The notes beneath the pieces are model-generated. The model searched no databases. It saw nothing but the letters and a program-made list of their open reading frames with translations, and was not told where the DNA came from. The translations under genes were made by a program, and so were the position numbers. From an uncultured bacterium (GTDB lineage: Bacteria > Macinerneyibacteriota > Macinerneyibacteria > Macinerneyibacteriales > DSCS01), in contig CAZJQC010000003.1 in NCBI GenBank assembly GCA_964548195.1, forward strand, positions 1 to 12,381: DNA of 12,381 nt. Direction: 5' to 3'. How positions within the stretch are numbered: the stretch's first letter is position 1; each line of letters opens with the position of its first letter. Positions 6,323 through 12,381 of the stretch are shown one piece after another.

Positions 6323-7924
6323 CCGGGTGAAATCAAGATCGACAGTCTCTATGGTATTCCCTTCCCCCCGCCAGACCCTTATTATGTGGTTATTGGTGTC
6401 CGCGATGTAAAGGGCCCCATCATACATCTTGACGTCATTGGGTTCAAACAATCCCAGAACGGAACAAAGTCCCGAGGAAGTGCATAAGCCGCCCGGGCCG
6501 GGCCCTATGAGGGTGGAAACAGAAAATGTGGCCAGATCCACGATGCGTACCGCATCATTGTACGTATCCGCCACATAAAGACTGCCGTCCCGGTAGTCCA
6601 CCCCAAGCGGGTGCTGGAAAGCCGCATCCTTGCCGATGCCGTCTTTGAGTCCGAACTCAAAGAGTCCGGTCCCCGATATGGTGTCTACCGTATTTTTCGA
6701 AATATCGGCGTAGCGTATCGCGGAAACTTCACTGTCCGCGAAAAAGACCCTGTCCCCGTGAATGGAAATACCGCTCGGCTGAGCAAGCATGGCATCTGAC
6801 AGCCTGCCGTCACGGATGTTCTCCCTGCCGGAGCCGGCATACGGATTTATCGTACCGCGTTTAAGGTCCATCCTCCAGATTTGATGGTTGCCCGCCATGG
6901 CTATATACATGTGATCCCCGGAGATTGCAATGTCCCAGGGTGAGTTAAGGGCCGTTTCCAGGGCTTGCCCGCCCCCGGAGCCGTATAGGCCCGGTTTTCC
7001 CGTACCGGCAATTGTCCTGACATATCCGGATCTGATATCTACTTCACGTATTGCATGGTTTCCGGTGTCGGCCGCGTACACTTTTCCGCCCTTGATAAAC
7101 ACTCCCTGCGGGGCGTTAAACATGGCCTCTTCAGGGTTGCCGTCCGCAAATCCCCTGCCGGATCCTGCCGTTTTTATTACGGCTGCTTCGGTGACGGATG
7201 TCAATGATGCGATGACAATGCGGTTATTACCGCTGTCACTTACGGCGATGATCCCGTCTTTTATGTCGATTTTTCCCGGATAAGACAAAATTCCCGTACT
7301 TTTTACCGGGGAAAGCGGTATCGGGCGTTTCGCCGATGCCAGTGTCCCGTCTCTTCTGCCTTTGTCCAGAGCCTCCGCGATCGCTTCCTCGAGAATATGG
7401 CGTCTTCCTTCGCCGGACACCGCGCCGATCACCTTTCCGTCGCTCCCTACCAGCAGGAATGTGGGCCAAGCCTTTATGCCGTATTGACGCCAAAGACCGT
7501 AATCATTATCAGCCACCACTGGGTGTGTAATGCCGTATCTGTCGACGGCGGCCTTTATGTTTTCCGTCTCTCTTTCATTAGAAAATTTCGCAGTATGCAC
7601 GCCGATGACATGGAAGGGTTCCCCCTCGAAACGCTTTTCCAGATAATCCAGGTCGGGCAGCACATGGATGCAGTTAATACAGCAGTACGTCCAAAAATCG
7701 AGAAGCAGCACATGCCCCTTGAAAACCTCGTTATCCGGGACAACCGCAGTATTGATCCAATCCGACACCTCTGAAAAACCCTTAAAAAGCATGTCGCCCC
7801 CTTTGCCGGTCTGCGCGGCATGAACGGATTGCATACGATAAAACGTCATATATCCGGCCAGGGTGATAAAAGCAAAGGCCATTATCACAAAGATATAAAT
7901 ACGTCTGCCAACAAATCGTCTCAC
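6308..7924 (-). CDS. Thioredoxin-like + NHL-repeat beta-propeller protein (NHLRC2/SOQ1-like) with N-terminal signal/anchor
   Basis: LDFWTYCCINCIH, VIGVHTAKFSNE and WPT are signatures of the NHLRC2/SOQ1-type thioredoxin domain. Six NHL-like repeats follow (YPGKI...SDSGNNRI; PQG...ADTGNHAIR; SPWD...AMAGNHQIW; QPSG...ADSEVSAIR; HPLG...ADTYNDAVR; EPND...ADTNNHIIR). The N-terminus is hydrophobic and the start is GTG. Confidence 0.88.
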   Translation of the reverse strand: MRRFVGRRIYIFVIMAFAFITLAGYMTFYRMQSVHAAQTGKGGDMLFKGFSEVSDWINTAVVPDNEVFKGHVLLLDFWTYCCINCIHVLPDLDYLEKRFEGEPFHVIGVHTAKFSNERETENIKAAVDRYGITHPVVADNDYGLWRQYGIKAWPTFLLVGSDGKVIGAVSGEGRRHILEEAIAEALDKGRRDGTLASAKRPIPLSPVKSTGILSYPGKIDIKDGIIAVSDSGNNRIVIASLTSVTEAAVIKTAGSGRGFADGNPEEAMFNAPQGVFIKGGKVYAADTGNHAIREVDIRSGYVRTIAGTGKPGLYGSGGGQALETALNSPWDIAISGDHMYIAMAGNHQIWRMDLKRGTINPYAGSGRENIRDGRLSDAMLAQPSGISIHGDRVFFADSEVSAIRYADISKNTVDTISGTGLFEFGLKDGIGKDAAFQHPLGVDYRDGSLYVADTYNDAVRIVDLATFSVSTLIGPGPGGLCTSSGLCSVLGLFEPNDVKMYDGALYIADTNNHIIRVWRGEGNTIETVDLDFTRAASD

Positions 7925-7981
7925 ACCCTCACACGTCCAATCATTACTAAGATAGTAACAAATAAAAGAAGCGATTTGTTC

Positions 7982-8347
7982 CTATCTGATCTTTTGATTG
8001 GTCTTTTCGGGATGTTTTGACAGATGCATATGTCTGTGTGATGCGCTTTTGGCAAGCCGGTTTATTATTGAAGGCAGGTCCGAAGAGCTCCAGACCTCCA
8101 TGAATTGACGGTCCGCCTTAAGGGAGTGTTCGAGCACATAGGGCACCCCTTCACCATCAGACAGCAGTTTAAGGGGCCTTTCGGGGATCTGCGGACCGTT
8201 TGTTCCGAACACCTTTTCCAGCAGTCTTCTTGCACATATATTGAGTTCGCTCTCAACGTCCGAGACACGGCGCACGTTGCCGATCTTATCCCGGAACGCA
8301 TTCAACAGGTCTCTGGATTCTTTTGTAAAAGAGACTATTCTGGTCAT
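7982..8347 (-). CDS. Small hypothetical protein (121 aa)
   Basis: ATG at 8347 with strong SD GGGAGG and its own promoter-like sequence. MTRIVSFTK...VWSSSDLPSII.RLA.SA.HR..HL.KHPEKT resembles a conserved hypothetical protein I recall from anaerobic bacteria (unverified). Confidence 0.75.
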   Translation of the reverse strand: MTRIVSFTKESRDLLNAFRDKIGNVRRVSDVESELNICARRLLEKVFGTNGPQIPERPLKLLSDGEGVPYVLEHSLKADRQFMEVWSSSDLPSIINRLAKSASHRHMHLSKHPEKTNQKIR

Positions 8348-8366
8348 AAAGTCCTCCCTTCTTCTC

Positions 8367-8395
8367 AATATACGTTCAAAACGCAGTGATAACAA
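8367..8395 (-). promoter_or_regulatory. Putative sigma70 promoter of the hypothetical gene
   Basis: TTGTTA (8395-8390), 17-nt spacer, TATATT (8372-8367). The ORF-track TTG 'start' at 8395 is really this -35. Confidence 0.55.
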
Positions 8396-8409
8396 GAAGG
8401 CAGCAGCGG

Positions 8410-8979
8410 TCAGTCTGCAAGAAAATCCAAGAGTCCGGGCAGTTCGGATTCCGCCATCTTTTTGAAGACGCCATATAGAAGCATGGTGTCATATTCGGCT
8501 CCGTGAGCCTTACTTGGATCATAATGGATGCCGTAATATGCCGCAAGTTCTTTCAGTGTGGGGTATTTGAAGTTGCCGTATCTGCCCCCCGGCAGACGCA
8601 GTATGTCGGTAGAGGATAGCATTGTGCAGTATTTCTTTTTAATGGGAAACGGCAAAAAAGAACTGTCAAAGGATATGTTGTGGGCGACCCACCTGTCGAC
8701 GCCCAGTGAAAACGCGAAAAGTTCACGGTCAAGATCAAAATAAGGCGGATAGTCGGACGGCGATTCCAGACGCCTGTTTTCTATTGTCTCCGGGCCGATG
8801 CCGTGCACCCTGAAGGCGTGTGGATTAAATGGTTCCCTGGGATAATAGAACCTGTGAAAACTGTCGGCGATGCGGAGGTCTTTGCCCTGATATACGCATT
8901 TCAGAAAGAATCCCTCTATGACGCTGCTGCCTGAAAATCCGTTTGTCTCAAGATCGAACAATATTACTCTTCCGTCCAT
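8410..8979 (-). CDS. Stand-alone DEDDh 3'-5' exonuclease (DnaQ/epsilon-like)
   Basis: ExoI FDLETNG, VHGI, ExoII AHNISFD, YCTM, KYPTLKELA and ExoIII AHGAEYD motifs. The start is most likely the ATG at 8979 (MDGRVILFD); 8997 is the alternative. Confidence 0.9.
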   Translation of the reverse strand: MDGRVILFDLETNGFSGSSVIEGFFLKCVYQGKDLRIADSFHRFYYPREPFNPHAFRVHGIGPETIENRRLESPSDYPPYFDLDRELFAFSLGVDRWVAHNISFDSSFLPFPIKKKYCTMLSSTDILRLPGGRYGNFKYPTLKELAAYYGIHYDPSKAHGAEYDTMLLYGVFKKMAESELPGLLDFLAD

Positions 8980-8985
8980 AGGAAC

Positions 8986-9014
8986 ATCATAGACCATATT
9001 GTAAAAAGACGCAA
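8986..9014 (-). promoter_or_regulatory. Putative sigma70 promoter of the exonuclease gene (leaderless geometry)
   Basis: TTGCGT (9014-9009), 17-nt spacer, TATGAT (8991-8986), 6 nt, then ATG at 8979. Confidence 0.55.
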
Positions 9015-9096
9015 GCCCGTGTCTTTATACCGTCTGTGCGTCCGGGAGACTCGCGGCCCGTACCGGGAGCCTCTCTGCAACGTGGCGTTCAACCTT

Positions 9097-11475
9097 CTAT
9101 CTTATGGGGCATATGCCGGATTCGCATGTCTCGTCACCCAGGTCTATATCTGTTTCCGAACTCTCATAGCGGGCGATCAGTGAGGGCACCATGGGTTTAA
9201 GCAGCGCCGCCCTTTTTTCATAATCCTCCTTGCTGATCTTTTCATAAGGAGCCTGAGCGTAAAAATGGTCATCCAGTGATAAAAAGGATATGGCCACGAC
9301 GTCATCCCAGTTTTCCCACAACCAGTCTTCGACGAGCGTCCATTCATCTTCCCTGACATGCACCGTTATCGATGCGTTATGATCCACAAAATGTTTCATA
9401 AACATCTTGTACACTTCAAGCTGTTCGAGTGCGCTGACATCATATTTGGTCCTGCCCGGAGGTGATTTCACTGGAAAGGAGATCACAAGGTTTCCGGAAT
9501 TATTCACGTCCTCTTCCATTGGATATCCCAGTTCCCGGCATACATTTGCCAGTATGTCCGTTTTGCTTATCCTTATGCGTCTCAGATAATATGGCGAATG
9601 GGAATAGTGCAGCCCGCTGCTGACCGTGGGAAGCTGTGAGAGGCTGCCCTCCGGTTTTACCGTGGTCACCAGCAAAGGCGGATTGCCGCCAAGTTCGGAG
9701 GCATATTCCTCGGCAGTCTTCCGGGCCCTTTTTTTTGTGTCTTTAAGCAGTTGTATCTGCTCCTCGCCCGACATGGATGTGGCGTTGACCATATCCTGCC
9801 ATCCCGTCAGGCTGACACCCAACAGCCTGTCACGCTGCTGGTTATTGTCCCATTCCGGCAGTTCGAGGTACACCGCGCTCATCCTGTATCCCGCCCTTAC
9901 ACTGAGTTCTATGGCGCGCAGCCAACCTTTTTTATCAAATACGCCCGCATCCGCGCCATCCTTGAATTTCACAAAAGCCATGACATTGTTGGTGGTAAGG
10001 TTGCACAGTCCCTTGTCAGAAAGAAGTATTTCGGCGCAGGGGTTGACTCCCTGAAAGTCCGTGCGCCTTTTCGCGGCGGCCTCGGCATTCACGAAACCCG
10101 GCTCTCCCGAATATCTTATCTGTTCAATATGCCAATGGAGCTGTTCCCTGGAGGGTCTGTGTTCGTAAAATATGGAATTGTTGCTCATCTGCCGGTGCAT
10201 GATATCATTGTTCGCTACCCATTTACCCTCTTCATCCTGAAAGTATATCTCATTTTTAGCGGTTATGCACTTATTGTCGTCGGGGTCGATCAGGCCCAGT
10301 TCGGCAGTGCGCCTTACCCCGCCGACCACCACGCAGGCGCCCATGATGTTCATGATATCCATGCAGTCTATGGGTTCAAGCCTGATCTTGTTTGCCATGG
10401 CCCTGAATCCCGCTTTTTTGATCACGCCGTCTATTTTCCTGAACATGGATTGCAGGGCGTTATATCCGCTTGCGGTCCCGCCGAAAGTCTTAAGCCTTTC
10501 CCCCCTCGGCCTTACTGAGTTGTAATCGATCAAAACAGTCTTGACGTTTTTATACTTATGGGCATAGGTAAGCTGTAAAAGGAATTCCAGGGCGGATACC
10601 CATCCCTCCTTTGAGTCGCCTACTTTTATCCTGGCAATCTCGCCTGTCTCATTGAAGGAAAGTGAAGTCGTCTCATGGCGCTTGCCGTGTTCCTCCGGTA
10701 TAAATTGCTCATGTATGATCTCAAGATTGGTCCTGACCTTAGGGAGCTTCGCCGCGTCTTTACGCAACACCCTGAACCCGACTCCGGAACCGACCATCAG
10801 AAGATAAAACGCCTCCGAAAATGACTCCATCTTGTCTATGACGGTAAATGCGCAATTATAGTTGGCTGTGGGGAACTTTTTTGCGACATCCGTTCCGCCC
10901 ACCCAGAATGTCCTGCCGGAAAGGAACTGTCTTAAATTGAAAATATTGTCAAAAAGCTCCTCCGCCTCCTCCTTGGCGACCCCCGGGACAAGACTGACGT
11001 TGTAGTCCACGGCCCTCGCAACCGTCTCCCACCACTCTTCGCGGCGCCCCACATCTTCCAGAAAACGGCTGTATGTCCTGTAGTACACAAAACTTCCAAG
11101 CGCTCCCATGGGCGTGGGCTTATGCTTGAAGGCAGACAGATACTTTTCCGACAATATGCCGGAAATCGTCTCTTTTTTCTGCACGACATTGCGTTTCATC
11201 GCCCTGTTGCCCCTGTACAATATATATTCCTTGGCGACATCCTTACGGTCGCTTTCCATCAGAAAATTCTCGACGATGTCCTGCACCTTTTCAACGGTTA
11301 TCGTGTCTTCATAATTCCTGCCGATATAGTCCACTACTTTTTCGACCACTTTTCGGGCAAGCTCACTGCATGCGCCGTTAAGCGACTTCGCCGAAGCCAG
11401 ATAGATAGCATTCTCAATCTTTTCAGGCCTGAAATCCATGGTCTCGCCGCTTCTCTTGACCACTTTCTTTACCAT
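9097..11475 (-). CDS. nrdJ: Class II adenosylcobalamin-dependent ribonucleoside-triphosphate reductase (monomeric RTPR type) with N-terminal ATP-cone
   Basis: ATP-cone (VVKRSG...KIENAI...VEKVQDIVE..LM...VAKEYILYR). Core motifs YYRTYSR, NYNCAF, RLKTFGGTASG, VVVGGVRRTA, NPCAEI (thiyl Cys), GLCNL, TTVKPEGS and DHNASIT. C-terminal redox pair CESGIC. No class I C-terminal YY. SD GGAGGT. Confidence 0.95.
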   Translation of the reverse strand: MVKKVVKRSGETMDFRPEKIENAIYLASAKSLNGACSELARKVVEKVVDYIGRNYEDTITVEKVQDIVENFLMESDRKDVAKEYILYRGNRAMKRNVVQKKETISGILSEKYLSAFKHKPTPMGALGSFVYYRTYSRFLEDVGRREEWWETVARAVDYNVSLVPGVAKEEAEELFDNIFNLRQFLSGRTFWVGGTDVAKKFPTANYNCAFTVIDKMESFSEAFYLLMVGSGVGFRVLRKDAAKLPKVRTNLEIIHEQFIPEEHGKRHETTSLSFNETGEIARIKVGDSKEGWVSALEFLLQLTYAHKYKNVKTVLIDYNSVRPRGERLKTFGGTASGYNALQSMFRKIDGVIKKAGFRAMANKIRLEPIDCMDIMNIMGACVVVGGVRRTAELGLIDPDDNKCITAKNEIYFQDEEGKWVANNDIMHRQMSNNSIFYEHRPSREQLHWHIEQIRYSGEPGFVNAEAAAKRRTDFQGVNPCAEILLSDKGLCNLTTNNVMAFVKFKDGADAGVFDKKGWLRAIELSVRAGYRMSAVYLELPEWDNNQQRDRLLGVSLTGWQDMVNATSMSGEEQIQLLKDTKKRARKTAEEYASELGGNPPLLVTTVKPEGSLSQLPTVSSGLHYSHSPYYLRRIRISKTDILANVCRELGYPMEEDVNNSGNLVISFPVKSPPGRTKYDVSALEQLEVYKMFMKHFVDHNASITVHVREDEWTLVEDWLWENWDDVVAISFLSLDDHFYAQAPYEKISKEDYEKRAALLKPMVPSLIARYESSETDIDLGDETCESGICPIR

Positions 11476-11491
11476 CTTTTACCTCCCCGGG

Positions 11492-11539
11492 GGGGTATAT
11501 ATTGTCATACTTGCCCCACATGCATACAATATATAGCAT
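11492..11539. promoter_or_regulatory. Tandem NrdR boxes
   Basis: ATACAATATATAGCAT (11524-11539) and, on the minus strand, TGACAATATATACCCC (11507-11492) match the NrdR consensus acaCwAtATaTwGtgt. They are 32 bp apart, directly upstream of nrdJ. Confidence 0.8.
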
Positions 11540-11556
11540 GTATTACAGAATGTCAA
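11528..11556 (-). promoter_or_regulatory. sigma70 promoter of nrdJ
   Basis: TTGACA (11556-11551), 17-nt spacer, TATATT (11533-11528). The -10 lies inside the upstream NrdR box. Confidence 0.75.
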
Positions 11557-11570
11557 AGGCTATAGCCAGA

Positions 11571-12381
11571 TTAAACATATTTTTTGATCATCTTAATGAG
11601 TGACTTTGTATCAAAGGGTTTCTGTAAAAAATCAAGGGCTCCCGTTTTAAGCGTACGCTCCACCCTCTCGTCCTTTTTAAATCCGGAGGCCAGCACCACC
11701 CTTGCATCCGGGTCAGATTCCACGAGTGCGCGGAGGGTCATCTCGCCGGACAGACCGGGCATGACCATATCCAGTATGACCAGGTCTATCTCATTTTTGT
11801 GGTCATTATAGACCTTGACGCCCTCAATGCCGTTTTCAGCCTTGAAGACCTTATAGCCGTAGTATGAGAGTATGCCTTCCGCGGTATCGCGTATGATCAT
11901 CTCATCATCTATTATCAATATGCTTTTTCCGCCGCCGTCGTGCGGCTCAGTATTAAAGTCCTTTGCTTTCGTGTTCTCTTCCATGGGATCGTCCGCTTCG
12001 GGAATATAGACCTTGAACACCGACCCCTTTCCTTTTTTTGATCTTACATCGATGAACCCGCCGTGCATCTCCAAGATCTTCAACACCATTGAAAGGCCGA
12101 GTCCCGATCCGTTTTGTCTCATCTTTGTGGTAAAAAACGGATCAAATATCTTGTCAAGGTCGGCCTTGTCTATTCCGACGCCCGTGTCTCCGACCGTTAT
12201 CACCGCATAATATTTACCCTTTACTGCCAAGCCCCTTCTAAGATAATCGGCTTCGGCTTTTTTTTTCTCCAGCGCAACTTCTATCAAACCGCCTTTTTTT
12301 CCCCCTTCCGGCACCATTATTGTCACGGCATGCATCGAATTTATGCATAGATTAAGCAGCACCTGTTCTATCTGGGCCTTA
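11571..12381 (-). CDS. Hybrid sensor histidine kinase/response regulator, C-terminal part (HATPase_c + receiver); 5' end outside the window
   Basis: The frame is open to the window edge (KAQIEQVLLNLCINS = N box). DTGVGI (G1), IFDPFFTTK (F) and GSGLGL (G2) boxes. Receiver motifs ILIIDDE, LDMVMP, ASG and KPF. Confidence 0.93.
   Translation of the reverse strand, partial: KAQIEQVLLNLCINSMHAVTIMVPEGGKKGGLIEVALEKKKAEADYLRRGLAVKGKYYAVITVGDTGVGIDKADLDKIFDPFFTTKMRQNGSGLGLSMVLKILEMHGGFIDVRSKKGKGSVFKVYIPEADDPMEENTKAKDFNTEPHDGGGKSILIIDDEMIIRDTAEGILSYYGYKVFKAENGIEGVKVYNDHKNEIDLVILDMVMPGLSGEMTLRALVESDPDARVVLASGFKKDERVERTLKTGALDFLQKPFDTKSLIKMIKKYV

Noticed and set aside
7944..7980. Short inverted repeats upstream of the thioredoxin-NHL gene (TTACTA-AGA-TAGTAA; AACAAAT...ATTTGTT)
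   Set aside because: Short and AT-rich in an AT-rich intergenic region, so not distinguishable from chance or assignable to a regulator.
9751..10518. 255-aa antisense ORF inside nrdJ; possible intron, intein or homing endonuclease
   Set aside because: nrdJ is a continuous 792-aa frame with all motifs in order. I see no intein splice motifs or LAGLIDADG/HNH signatures, so the antisense ORF is best explained by codon bias.
8410..11475. Prophage or anti-phage defence interpretation of RNR plus exonuclease
   Set aside because: No integrase, structural or recognisable defence genes. NrdR boxes and housekeeping neighbours indicate ordinary chromosomal genes.
11476..11570. Cobalamin riboswitch upstream of the B12-dependent RNR
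   Set aside because: Only 95 bp are available, fully accounted for by the promoter, NrdR boxes and SD.

Overview
A compact, gene-dense bacterial chromosomal window, probably from a diderm (it encodes a predicted outer-membrane beta-barrel). I find no mobile elements, RNA genes or CRISPR arrays. It holds 12 CDSs, including a hybrid histidine kinase cut by the right edge, plus the truncated start of an M20 amidohydrolase at the left edge that the ORF track missed. In order, the complete genes are: a Phenol_MetA_deg-like outer-membrane protein, a RibU-like ECF S component, a secreted TPR protein divergent from a ~7-TM LuxR-HTH regulator, deoC, a PAS-GGDEF diguanylate cyclase coupled to a DUF554 membrane protein, a thioredoxin(CCINC)-NHL protein of the NHLRC2/SOQ1 type, a small hypothetical protein, a DEDDh exonuclease, and an ATP-cone class II (B12) ribonucleotide reductase with two NrdR boxes over its promoter. 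The best candidate for an uncharacterised system is the membrane-embedded LuxR regulator / secreted TPR pair, which has two ACTTAAGT palindromes between the genes, one at a class II activator position. Also notable are two apparently leaderless transcripts and a mirror-image pair of overlapping divergent promoters between deoC and the cyclase. All family calls come from motif recognition by eye, not database searches.
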